DNA of 64,000 bases from positions 660,010 to 724,009 of the forward strand of contig NMRA01000105.1 of NCBI GenBank assembly GCA_002633005.1. Reading direction: 5' to 3'. The position numbers and the translations under genes were made by a program. Below the pieces are notes generated by a model. The model worked only from the letters and a program-made list of their open reading frames with translations, was not told the DNA's origin and did not search any database. Below are positions 12,399-24,875 of the stretch, in pieces; the first letter of the stretch is position 1, and every line of letters begins with the position of its first letter. Origin of the DNA: Phoronis australis (Eukaryota > Animalia > Phoronida).

Positions 12399-13556
12399 TT
12401 ATTTATTTATTTATTATTGTGATATTTAAAATGAGGGTGGCCTCTTCAGTGATAGCACTGCTTTCTAAGAGGGCCCTCAACAAGAAAAACAGTAATATAA
12501 TACAATGAAGTAATAAAACAACAATGAAATATACGTAACAAAGATACAATTAAAACAGTTAAGGTTGAGAATTAAGACAATAACTAAATGACAAATAATT
12601 GTAAAAAATTAACTAAGACAGATGAAATAAATTAAGAGATGACTCTAGACAATGAGAGTATTTATGACAATGAAAAAATGACATGATTAAGATAGGCAGG
12701 GTATAAAAGGTTAAGTAAATTACAGCCACTTTTTAACATTAACTTTAAAGGTAGTAATTGAGTTGGACCGTTTAATTTCTGGGCTAAAAGAATTCCATAT
12801 TATAGCAGCTGCATAGATAAAAGATCTCTTGCCAGTCTCGGTTTTAATTTTTTTAGAAGAAACATTGCCAGCAACAGAAGAACGTGTAGAATAAACAGCC
12901 TGACTGCTATTGAATTTACTGCTGAGATATGCTGGAGCCAAGCCATTGATACATCTGTATATACAACAGGCAGAGAGATATTTATTTCTTTGTCTTACTT
13001 TCATAAATCCCAGCTTGGAGTACAAGTCGTCAACCCTAGTGTCCCTAATTTTAGTACCCAGGATAGCCCTGGCGGCTCTATTTTGGATTACTTGGACTTT
13101 GTTTACAAGTGTGTCACTAGTGTGCCCCCAAACCGGTAAACAATAATCAATATGAGGCTGAATAATACAATGGTAAAGGGTCTTAAGGGTACGGACATTA
13201 AGAAATTTGCCTAGACGTTTAAGTACACCGATTTTCTTTGATAATTTCTTTGTGATATGATCTATGTGCATATTAAATTTAAGATTGGGATCTAAAATAA
13301 GGCCCAAGTACTTAAACTTGTCAACATTCTCGATGGGAGAACCGTTGATAGAAAGGGATAGTTTTTGTTGCTTTAATTTCTGGTGGGTTCCAAACAGCAT
13401 CGACTTGGTTTTACTAACGTTAAGAGTGAGTTTATTTTGAATCAGCCAGTCATGGATAATGGCTAGCTCATTGTTGAGAGAAGTTTCGAGTTCATTAACC
13501 GATCCAGCTGTGGACATAATTGCAGTGTCATCAGCGTATAAAACTGGGACACTGTT
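12399..13556 (-). mobile_element. 5'-truncated L2/CR1-group LINE (RT C-terminal half, 3' UTR stem-loop, TAAA tail)
   Basis: The frame is open upstream of ORF 12720-13517 and reads VPVLYADDTAI (YADD at 13527-13538). Also present: WLIQNKLTLNVSKTK, KYLGLILD, IQPHIDYC..VW, IWNS. The 3' UTR has gagggccctcttagaaag-cagtg-ctat-cactg-aagagg and a (TAAA)n tail at ~12399-12418. Candidate TSD GTGAT (12394-12398 / 13557-13561). Confidence 0.92.
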
Positions 13557-13559
13557 GTG
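12720..13559 (-). pseudogene. Non-LTR retrotransposon reverse transcriptase fragment (uninterrupted, N-terminally truncated)
   Basis: About 280 codons without stops, from just before YADD to the ORF2 C-terminus. Confidence 0.9.
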
Positions 13560-14746
13560 ATCTTACACATAAGCCCTGATGGCATTATTCACTAGCGACA
13601 CCAGGCAGATATAGCACGCATTACTTCCGGCAAGTACGTCGTCTGCTAATCATGGTCATTTCATCGGGATTTGGATTGGCGATTTTGCCCAAGTCACATG
13701 CGTGTTCAAATAAATTGAACGCTCGTAAAACGTTGACTTCTTAAATAAAGCTCATATTTATACCCCACAAATAACCACTAGGCCTACTAAAAAACCAACC
13801 TTGTACTTTAACAGCAGTTTACTAGACGTTTCATTTTACGATCGAATGCACGCCGGCATCACTCAAAATTTCTGGTCTCTACTGCTGGAAGACCTTGAAC
13901 GTTTCCATGCCGAAATTATTATTTTTTCGTTGTACTAGACAGGAAAATAGATGGAAGAATTTCCCGTCACAATACACTAACAGGAAGTTGAGCTTGCTAT
14001 GTTAAGAGGGTGGCGCCTCCGCTATGATATTTTGCAAGAAAATGTCGGAGTTGCGAATCTGTTGTCTATAATCTATGCTGCAATTCACCACTTAAGAAAA
14101 ATACGGTATAATCTTAATTCAGAGATTACTCTCTAGGTTTTTCAATAAAACTGGCAGATTAAGAACAATTATCTCTTCAGTAACATTTTTATCATGTACA
14201 TAACAGGAAGTGCTGACAGTAGGGTTGCATAAATTAATCAACCTAAATACAGCTTTGACAAATTAATTACAATTCATGTCGTTAACAGTGTGAATTTCAA
14301 AATGGTCATAGTAAACAATTCAAAGCTAATTAAATCAGGTAGCTGTTAATGCCCAGAGACATACCACAGCGATTGCCAAGAAGAAACCTGACCACAGGTT
14401 TGCTTTCCCACAAGGCCACATGTTAGAGCTTGACATGAGCTTTTAGTTAATGTTTCATGTTTCTGCACAAGTAACATAAGTAACATAAATGGTTGCAACA
14501 GATAACATTAATCGCTAATAGCACAAATATCACTTAAAACATGCAGCAGTAAGGGATTAAAGGGAAAAAAATTTGTACCTGCTTTCAAGGAAAGGAGTAG
14601 ATCGGGTTTATACATTATTGGTTTGAGATGACTCTTAATTCCAAAACTTCATCAAAATGCAGTAATTAAAACTTAAACTTACTATAGAAAGTATAATCTT
14701 CAGATCCTAATTTACTCACATGAATTGCAAAAACAATTACCCCTAT

Positions 14747-16455
14747 ACAAGAAAGTTAAAAGAGCAATGCGGAACGTTGAAATGCACCCATGAATGCATC
14801 ATAAACGGTGTGTGCTTTTAGGGTTGTTTATTTTTGTCATAAAAATGGCCACTAGGAGGTGTAAAAACGTACAATCCATCTGAAAATGGAAACATCTCAT
14901 GGCTTCTTCAATCACCAAATTTCATAGAAATCTGTCACAGAACTTCAGAGAAACAAAGGAAAATAGAATAAAAAGAAATTGCCACTACGGGGGACAGTGT
15001 TCATTGGATCCACCTGAAATCCGTCATTGTCCATTGTTAGCTTCACACTTACTAAATTTAATAAAGGTACAGCAGTTGGTTTAGGAGATACAGCTATGGG
15101 CGCAAAACAAAACAAAATTACCACTGGAGATGCCACAGTAGTCAAAGTCATCATCGTCAACCATCCTCTTCACACAGAGAACATAAATGCCACTTTTCAA
15201 AACCAGCCTTAGAATGATTTGGTTGATAGAGGGGTAGACGCCAAAAACAGACTTGAAAACAGCAAAAATGGCCACTAGGCAGTGCAAAATACCTTGATTT
15301 TATCCAAAAACGGGATGATAGTGTCATCTCACCAATAGATGCCTGTATTCAAAATTTTATGAAAATCCATTGAGGACCCTTGAAGATACAGAGGTAAACA
15401 TAAAATTGCCACCAGGGGGCACACCAGTAGTTAGATCCGTCCGAAAATATATGAATACACTTGTTAAATTTTGTAAAGATCCCACAGACAGTTTAAGAGA
15501 TACAGCCACGGGCGCAAAAAAGAAACTGCCACCTAAGGAGGCACCACTATAACAGTAGCTGAAGTCATCGGAAAATCATCGTCAGCCGTCCACTTCATAG
15601 TAAAAACATACATGCCAATTTTCACAATTATCCTGAAAGCAATTTGGTTGATAGAGGGGTGGACGCCAAAAAACAAACTCGAAAATGGTAAAAATGGCCA
15701 CTACGTGGTGCAAACTAAGTCGAATCCATCTGAAAACAGAAAGATAGCGTTACCACACTAACAGAAGCCTGTACGTCACATTTTTTGAAAATACGTTGAG
15801 GACCTTTGAAGATAAAGAGGTTAACGTAAAAAAATAAAATTGCCACCAGGGGGCACACCAGTTGTCAAATCCGTCCGAAGGTTGTCGTTGTCCTCTGACA
15901 ATATCATATAAATGCACTTACCAAATTTAGTAAAGATCCATAGGCGCAAAAAAACAAAGCTGCCACTAGGAGGCGCAACAGTTGTCGAAATCGTCAGAAA
16001 ATCATCGTCAGCTATCCTCTTCATAATAAGAACATACATGCCAATTTCCACAATCATCTTTGGAGCAATTTGGTTGATAAAGGGGTGGATGCTTAAAAAG
16101 ACGCGAAAACAGTAAAAATGGCCACTAGGTGGCACATATTACGTCGAATCTATCCAAGAACGGGAGGAAAGCTTCATTTCACTAATAGATAACTATATAC
16201 GCTTAAGACCTTTGAAGATATAAGAGGTAAACGTAAAAAACTAAAATTGCCACTAGGGAGCACACCGGTAGTAGGATTTGTCTGAAAGTTAGCTCATGCC
16301 ATCCCATCCATCAAAGGAACACGTGTAAAATTTCATGAACATACGTCAAACAGTTTTGGAGTTAGAGCAGCAGACGCCGGACAGACGCCGCCTGGACAGA
16401 CAGACGGAGATGACCGCATAATGCGTCCAAATGTAAATATGTGGGCGCATAAAAA
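14747..16455 (-). mobile_element. HINE/DINE-1-like element, family A, most complete copy, with a ~424-bp tandem unit
   Basis: Begins acaag. Anchors atggccact at 14845, 15268, 15694 and 16118 (spacings 423, 426, 424). GACA/GACG microsatellite at 16372-16410, then terminal hairpin atgcgtccaaat-gtaaat-atgtgggcgcat and an A-run. Confidence 0.8.
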
Positions 16456-19269
16456 TCAGGAAGGTTTGTCTAGACAAGGATTTTTTCAACATTATATGAC
16501 AGTGTGATACAAGGTCAAAGTCAACTTCTACCAATTTCAAAAGCATTTTACAGACCCCCTTCATGTGGTGTTTAGACCGGAGAAATACACCACAGTATAT
16601 ATTTATACCATTCTACATATTTACATTAACCGCATTTACAGGACAGAAAGTTGTAAGGGAGCAGCAAACATGGAACAGCCATCGAGCTAAACATGACTGA
16701 CACGAATGAAGTTGACCATTTTTGACACTGGTTTGAGAAGTAGAGCAAGTTTCACTCAATCACCTGCTCCAGTTTTAATTACACGTCTTAACACAATCTG
16801 GCCGGGCAAGGCGGAATGGATCATCTCTGCTGTGTTTGCATAATAGCATAGATACTAGCAATTCACTAGCATTCCATATGGTTTGGACGTTCGGAATTAT
16901 TAATGCAAGCAAAAATAGTGCAGACGGTCTTAGTGAAAATGACTCATGCTGATTCAGTTTGCAATCTAATGTCGAGAAAAAGCATTTAAAGTGGAGCAAG
17001 TCACGCCATGACAACTGACACTGTGACAACTGACAGAGACAACTGTTCTGTCAATTTTTGTAAACGCAACACTCAGGTGCAAAGCTACACTTAGTTATAT
17101 AATTATGCATCGCGTAAGTATACACTAATTTGCTGCATGTGAACGAGGTATTATAAATTGACACACCAGTGTAAACGCAAGATCACTGGGAGAAAGTGTC
17201 ATTACAAAATTATTTCAAAATCCGTAATATCACCTCTTGACAGCAATGAAACTCCCCTTAAAATGTCCGAGAGCATCCTCTCTTGTAATATGTAGTTTGA
17301 AAGTTTTATTGAAACACTGCTGAAACTATCATGGCTTCAGAATGTCATGGTTTTGCTTGCTATACACCACAGGACAAGCAATAAGCAGATTATAACTTTC
17401 CTGGACAAATCAGTACTTCAATTCCCTTTGCAAAAAGTTCGTTGTTCATTCTGAACACTGAATTTTCAAAAGCCAAAGTGTCGCGAGTGCGAACAAGCCA
17501 TCTTGAGTTTATCAGTTACAACACAGCAAGTGAAAAGTGAACATTTTGCTCAGGCATTGAACTCACTTCACAAAAGTTAATTAAGATGTTGGAGCCTGGT
17601 TTGTTAATTAAATGATAAAAATGCAGGAGTTGAATGTATCCTAAATTACAAACTGAGCTCACATCATGAACGGAATGAGTGAAATAAACACCACAACCAG
17701 CATTTCACTAGCAGGTGGTACAACTGATATGCTACTTCCAATTCACTTAACCACAAAGCTTCTTCTATTGGACAATCCCAAATTAGAATGAAGACCTTGT
17801 GTGGAAATTTGCACAGCATGTAATCGGTCAGTTGTTTCTGTGTTAATTTCACAATCCGTAAAATCTTACAATGTGGTGGGCAAGTGAAAATATATCTTTT
17901 CATTGGCTATTGGCTCTTGAAACTGCAAGAGAAAATGTGTTCTTTTGAAAATTAATTTTTGTAACTCAGAGAGTCTGTGCCCGAACATGGTCTTGGCAAG
18001 TGGTAATTTCAACGTCATTGTCTTTAGTGTAACATAGAAATTCCAAGAGAATGCAATTTGATCAACTAAGACCGCAACTAAATTGCAACTCAAAAATGGT
18101 CCAGCTGTTACATTTGGAAGCATTGACTTTCAGTCCATTTTGCTCTAACAGACATAAACAGATGTGGACAGGCATGAATTTCACTTGACACCTTTTGCCA
18201 GCCATAAATCATTGTCTTCTCATTATCAATTGTTCACCTGTCAGACCTCCACAACCAGCAGGCCAGTATATAACCATAAAGTTTCTATTACTGTGACACC
18301 CTTGCCGTGTATCACTCTATGTAGTGGCGGATCTACGGATCTACGGGGGGAGGGTCAGGGGTTTTAAACCTCCCCTCGGGCCAGGACCAGAAAATTTAAA
18401 AAAAAAAACGTCTCCAGCAAAACAAAAACGGCACCGCCGGCGTGTGTGAACCCCAAGTAAAAAAAACTTCGAAAAAATGAGGGGGGTGGGTTTCACTCTG
18501 AAAATACATTTTTTTGCATTGTGAATTGCTGTTATGAAAATCAACGCATTTCGAGTCTCCGTGGCTCATCAGCAAAACCCCGGAGATCACTTCTGAAGTA
18601 GCCAAGCATTTTAGATGGATCCACCGCTGAAAGAGCAACTCGAATAGAGCTGATTTCTTTAGGTAACTAGTTTCTTTACTCTAAGATATGTTTTGATTTG
18701 ATTAGGGGAAATACTGTGGTGCCGGAACCCTGATATTCAGGCGAATTGACGTGTAATGTTTTTACCTCATCTGTCATGCCGTGTCATCCTATTACACCCC
18801 ACACGTTTGTAACTCGAATTTGACTGGTGTATAGTAAAGTTGTCTTGCGCAATATCATTCAGTGTACATGTACATGTAATACTTTTGAAAAAAAAACTCG
18901 TTTTCGAAGAATTGCTATTGTGGCGGGCGCCGTGGTCTGGTCGCGAGTCTGTTTGAAGATGCACCCTAACAAGTTATGTCTATATAAGGAATTACCAAGG
19001 GGGCACTCACATTGACAAAGTGACCGCATTTGTGAACAGTGTACAGTACTAGAAATTGCGGGGAGGCTGTAATTTCACAACAAAGTCTTGCGGGACTCGT
19101 GCGATGTTCAATAGGCCTCCTAAGGAGCCCTAGTGTCGACTTCAACACCTCCCGTCTTTCTACCTGCAATAAGCATCACTACTGTTTTCTATACTGGGAA
19201 TTTCCACAGAAACGACCACCCGACAAAACGCCCATGCTCATGGGAATTTATTTGATGTTTAAGTACTTC

Positions 19270-19960
19270 GGGTTTCAAGCGTTCAGACATTGGGACGTTT
19301 ATTTTGAAAATTGCAAGACACGCACATGGGTCCTGGGATACGATTGTCAAGGTCTGAAGTAGTCCATGATGAATGGATCAAATTTATTTGCGCATGCTGT
19401 AAGTCTTTTGAATGGACTTGGTAACCTCAGGGAGCTTAGTGCCAACTGAGCAGCGAAACGAGATGCTGACATTGTACAGGCGTACAAACTCATTGACACA
19501 GCAGTGGATGAAGTGCAAGTGTTGGGAACGTTACGTCGAAGATGTCTAGGTAGAATGATTCCAAGAGGAGCAAACCATTGGATCTGATGTACAGATTCCT
19601 CGGCAGTCTAGACAACAGAAAGATAGAACCAACGTTCCTGGAGAAACACCAAGGTAATAAGTTATAATTCTACACAGTTTGTAATAATGTCAGTTTTTTA
19701 TGCTTGTGTTTATGAAAACGAAATAGAAATTATTTTTGGACATGCCAAATTTACCCAGTACAGCAGAAGGTCTACGAGCGCACAGAAGCTTATTCTGGTT
19801 TGTATTTCCACTCGAGTCTATCTGCTTCATATCCAAAATCTATTTCATGTAGTGCGTAGTTAAATCTGTACTCAATACTTGTTTCTTCCAGTGAGTACTA
19901 CAGAATGGTGCGAAAACCCTTCCTAGACAACCTCTCGCAGCAGTTGACCACCAGATGTAT
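19270..19960 (+). pseudogene. hAT transposase relic with a phase-2 intron (19654-19891)
   Basis: Reads LLNGLGNLRELSAN*AAKRDADIVQAYKLIDTAVDEVQ, then QTIGSDVQIPRQSRQQKDRTNVPGETP-[GT...tttcttcCAG]-SEYYRMVRKPFLDNLSQQLTTR. This matches the hAT motif PR...RQxxRxNxP..TPEEYYR...PFLDxL...L..RF. Confidence 0.8.
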
Positions 19961-20035
19961 AAACTACAAGTATGAGCAACCACCGCGGTTTAAAAAGTGT
20001 CTAGAGAGAAGTTTTCAATTCAAAATTTTTTGCAA

Positions 20036-20310
20036 AGTACGCTTTAGGTCTCGCGACAGACCAGGCCAGCTTGATTTGTGTAGATATCGAGTTTCAGTGT
20101 ACTTCTGGTCCCTCGGTGAACTAGTCTTGTGATGTTTTTTACCAAAGTGTACTTTGTAAAACTATTTATCTCAGTCAGTACTGTTTGGTCCCGCAACAGA
20201 TCGACTATTTTTATAGGGATAATAAGCACAGGTGTACTTTTGGTCTTATGACGGACCAGGCCGGAGTTTTTGTGTACTCTCAGTGTACATCTGGTCCCTC
20301 TGCGAACTGC
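20036..20310 (+). repeat. Degenerate array of a GTGTACTTYTGGTC motif
   Basis: Motif copies near 20036, 20097, 20147, 20177, 20232 and 20282; block 20047-20122 resembles 20242-20308. Confidence 0.6.
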
Positions 20311-22169
20311 TCCTGTATACCTTTTCACCACGTTGTACAGAATGTTTTAGTTTAGAAACTGTTTTCAGATGATTTGTTTCCTGATACATTTGACGTTTTT
20401 CAATTGTTGTCAATGTGATTCAGCTTAATAAAGTGATACTTAATTATTTATTGTCGCTTTTAATAATAGGCTATGAGCTGAGAGCACCATCATTTGCCAG
20501 TTGTTCTCCTAACGAGACAGAACACATGTTTATTTCCGGACTAACAGTACAGGTCTTCGTTATTAAACAGCTTGAGGCTGTTGCGATCATCTGATATTCA
20601 AGTTTTTACTCCCCGTCGGTGCTCCTTATGCTTTTGAATATTTGGTAGTTGTCTAAACCCCTGTATACACACCACCCTTTTTCGTATGCTAAAAAGGTGT
20701 GTGTAAGCAGATGTTCCTACAAAAATTTTTGCTGGTGGTGTGACTCATACCCAGATGTGCACAAATATGGTTTCACGAAACTTATGAGCCGAGTTCATGT
20801 GACGAAATCGAGAAGGGTTTTTAATTATCTTAAGTAAAACTCCAGGAACATGTTAAGTGCCAGAAACGTACCAGGATGCATAGAAATTTCACTGTTTGGC
20901 TACAAAAACAAAAAGTTGTCTTAAACAACCCCCCTACCGACCTTCCCCCCCGCTCGGCGCCACGCGCCTCTGATTCGACCTTTGCGGGAAACCTAAACCC
21001 CCGTTACTGCTATGCACACTCTAAATACCGCAATACTCATCAGGACTTTTACAGCTTACTGGCTGCATTTGTGTTCTTGTCTGATTAGTTTTAATGAGAA
21101 ATACTTTCCCCTTCTTAGTTCATATCTTAGTCTATCTCTGTGTCGGCCGCCTTTCGTTTCTACTGCCCTGCTTCATCAATGCAGCTATACCCTGTTGTGG
21201 AGCCGCTCAAAATGAATCACCCAAGCTACACTACTGCATCCAACTAAGAATTTGCTTTCATTACAATTACAGGAATTGTTCAGTCCATTCTAAAGTTGCA
21301 GACAAGCATGGCAGGATCTCATGAAACTGCGAAATGAATTATTTTTTCTACACTTGGCATTATGTACATCGCATTCAGTGCTATCTGAGATTCTTAACAA
21401 GGGTAAAAGTTATAATGATTGATTAAAAGTCCTGTGACCTAATAAGTGAGAAACTGGACGCCAATCGTGCATACGTTTATAATGGTATGGGAAAAAAATA
21501 ATGAAAAATAGAATTTTGGTGAATAACAAATTTCAAGACTCAATTGAATAATTTGCATTTCCATACAAAATTCAGGGCATTCCATACCAAAAGCAACACA
21601 GACTGTAGCAGCAGGTATCTCATGACAGCACAAAAACCATAAATTAACAAATTATGCAAAGTACCTTTTAAATATTCAGTGGACATGGGTACATGAGTAC
21701 CTTGACTGCAAAGTGCGATAGCTTGAGAGTACACATGATCTCATAACTTGTCTCATTACAAACAAGTTGAACTATGATTCAAGGGAAATGTTAGGTGGTC
21801 ATGGCTTGTTTGCTTTACACGCAAGTCTCTTAGCATTTTGTCTATCTTTGGAAGCCCTGAATAACATATATGTATAAAACTGAGAAGAGAAATGCGGCAT
21901 CATCTACTTCAGTTCTGCTTAATCAATACCTTGTCAACAAGGTTTGCTTTAACACCTCCCCTTCAGCGACAAAAAGAGAGGAGCTCATGTTTGGTGTGAA
22001 TGCAGTGCTAGAAAAGGATTACTGAATCGAAGGTCTGATATCCATGTTCTTCTTGAATTCCAACAAGACTAAGGAGGTGTTGATGCATGACTTATGTAAA
22101 CAAAACACCAAACACTTACAACAGAACAATATTGATAGGATCTAGCTTGAATGTGAACACTGCCAGTAA

Positions 22170-24430
22170 ACAACAACACAACTTAAGGTTGGAAGATGTT
22201 GTTATTGCCAGATTTGTTACCAGTATAACACCCACAACAGCACTGCAAACAGTGTGTCTCTAAGAGTGTTTATTAGAATCATAAACATAGCCATTGGTCA
22301 GCAACAAAATACAGTAAACCGATCCAAAACAGAAAGATGTCGTTGTCTCTCAAAACTGTTTGCCAAATATCATGAAAATGAGTCTAAGATCTTGAGGCAA
22401 AGGTAAAAAAAAACAAATGAGAGCGCTCGGAGGAGCGACACTTGGCGAAATTACGCGAAAACAGGACGATGGGGAGGCCGACGACAATGATCCTGACGAC
22501 TAGCGAGAAATGAAAAATATCTTATGAAAGCCCGTTTAAAACTATCGAACTGTACAGATGTCTAATCGATTAATATACATGGCAAGAAAAGAGCATTTAA
22601 TCAAAATTAAAGAACAATAGATGGCGCAACATAACGGACATAGCTCAACAAAGCTAAACCTACATCAGAGCAGCAAGAACGATCCAAGGAACAGTGCTAG
22701 GTGGGTCATTCGCGGTCAACAAACCAGTCTAGTCGGACAATGCTAGCTGGGTCATTCGGGATCAACTTGTACAGGCATAACCAAAACAAAAGAGAGCTGG
22801 CCAGCTGCGTGTGCTTGCATTGGCAATGCAATGGAGACCAAACGAACAGAAAATCTCGAAGATTTGAAAACAGCAAAAATGGCCACTAGGTGGAGCTGAA
22901 TACCTCGATTCCATCCAAAAACAGAAAGATAGCGTTATCACACCAATAGATGCCTATGTTTAAAACTTTATGAAAATCTGTTGAGGACCTTTGAAGATAC
23001 ATAGTTAAACATAAAAAATAAAATTGCCACTAGGGGACACACTGGTAGTCAGATTCATCTGAAAGTAATTGACATCTGTTGTTAAAATCATTTAAATATA
23101 CTAAATTTCGTAAAGATCCTGCGAACGGTTTAGGAGATACAGCCATAGGCGCAAAAAAACTGCCACTAGGAGGCGCCACAGTAGTTGAAATCGTCGGAAA
23201 ATCATCGTCAACCGTCCTCTTTATAGTAAGCACATACATAACTATTTTCACAATCACCCTTAGAGCAGTTTGGGTGATAGAGGGGTGGACGCAAAAAACA
23301 GACTTGAAAACAGCAAAAATGGCCACTAGGTGGCACAAACTACGTCGAATCCATCCGAAAACGGGAGGATAGCATCATCTCACTAAAAGGTGCCTACATA
23401 CCAAATTTCATGAAAATCAGTTAAAAATTTTTTAAGATACAAACTTAAGGTAAGCGTAAAAGACTAAAATTGCCAGTAGGGGGCACACCAATAGTTGGAT
23501 CTGTTCGAAAGTTCGCTCATGCTGTCCCATCTGTGAAAGGAACACATGTGCAAACTTTCATGAACATACCTCAATCGGTTTTGGAGAAACCCATTTACCA
23601 AATTTCATGAAAATCTATCAAGGAACTTAAGATAAAGCCTAGGGTAATTATAAAAGCTTGCCAATAGGGGCACAGCGGTGGTCAGATCCGTCTGAAAGTT
23701 GTCATTTTGACCTTTGCCACATTCATACGAGAAGACTTCCTAAATTTCAAGATTCTGCAAAGGGTTAGGATAAAAAACTGGGGAGGCAAACAAAACAAAA
23801 TTGTCATTAGGGGTAGTTGTCGCAAGACACTCAGACACCAATTCACTGTGCTTTTTAAATATAAATGTTAGCATACTCTAATAAGTTGCCATTTGATATA
23901 AGTTGTTATTTGATCATTTGTTAACATATATCATAATATTTGAACACAAAATTAGCGAGATGAAAGTGGGACTGGTGTTGATACACGTAAAAATTGATAA
24001 TGTTAGCACAACAGAAATCTATTTTCATTGTGAAACACCAGCTGCAGTCAATTTCAGAAGACCCTTGTGTAGTTTAAATTAATTCTTAACACTAGCTGCA
24101 CATCCTGCTTCCACTGATGTCAAAAAGATGACCCGATACCTGAGTATTTTATCGCCACTAGGAGGTGCCACAGTAGTAGGATAAGTACAAAAGCAATGTC
24201 AGGAGTGGTCACACTGATACAGAACAAGATATAATCATCATTTAAGTGGTATTAATAGCATATAGAGAGGCAGAGACCAAAGATGCACACTTGGGGTACA
24301 AAATGTAATGAATCCACCTGAAATAAGAATGTGTTGTCTTCCCAGTAGAAAGCCAATTGATAAAATTTCATGAAAATCTATAAAGGAGGTATATGCAAAG
24401 AAAAAAACCCTCAATTGTCACTACTGGGAG
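22170..24430 (-). mobile_element. Older family A HINE-like copy interrupted by a younger HINE insertion
   Basis: 22230-22410 matches the family A head (7598-7700, 14787-14940). Divergent array subunits resume at ~23590-23820 and 24150-24430. Confidence 0.55.
22412..23588 (-). mobile_element. Younger HINE-like element: family B terminus joined to a family A array
   Basis: Starts aacaaatgagagcgctcggaggagcgacacttggc in an A-run. Array anchors atggccactagg at 22879 and 23319 (440 bp apart). Confidence 0.7.
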
Positions 24431-24829
24431 GAACAGCAGTTTCACTAGGTTTTTGTTGAGGTTCACCTCTATTTCCATTGCTACCATTTCGGGCTTGGAG
24501 GGAGGTAACTAGTTCCCATAGTAGCTTAGATTTCCAACAGTTGTAAATCATCCATGTAATTCACAAACAGCAGGCCTTTTGAAACTGATATGCAAAGTCA
24601 CTCAAAGTAGTTCTTTGTGAATGCTGTTTTGAGTCATACAGCAGTCACAGCTTAACTCATGCTCCTGGCTAATACGAATATTGTTTTACTACCCCCTACG
24701 AGTTTTGAATAGCTAGCATGGAATGACTATTACAATGTCAGTTTTGTCCTATTTGCAATGTGTTTTACAAAAATGAAAAAGTTAAACATGTGTACTTATT
24801 TATAATTATGCTAATATTTTGTCCCACAG

Positions 24830-24875
24830 ATCAAGAACACACACTCACAATCAACAGGAGCTGATGCAATTTATT
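24830..24875 (-). terminator. Candidate polyadenylation signal of the GPCR transcript
   Basis: AATAAA on the minus strand at 24870-24875, followed about 20 nt later by a GT-rich element (ttgattgtgagtgtgtgttcttg); about 810 nt after the stop codon. Confidence 0.5.

Larger units (their letters stand above)
18322..21009 (+). mobile_element. Decayed hAT transposon (P52rIPK/THAP12- or ZMYM1-like transposase) with an apparent 5-bp TSD
   Basis: Termini tagtggcgg / ccgttactg; CTATG at 18317-18321 and 21010-21014; G/C-run subterminal blocks at both ends; internal transposase relic. Confidence 0.7.

Noticed and set aside
18545-18580. Minus-strand CTGATGA...GAAA as a hammerhead
   Set aside because: Stems II and III do not pair; it lies in hAT subterminal sequence.
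20036-20310. CRISPR array
   Set aside because: Repeats are short, degenerate and irregularly spaced; eukaryotic context; no cas genes.
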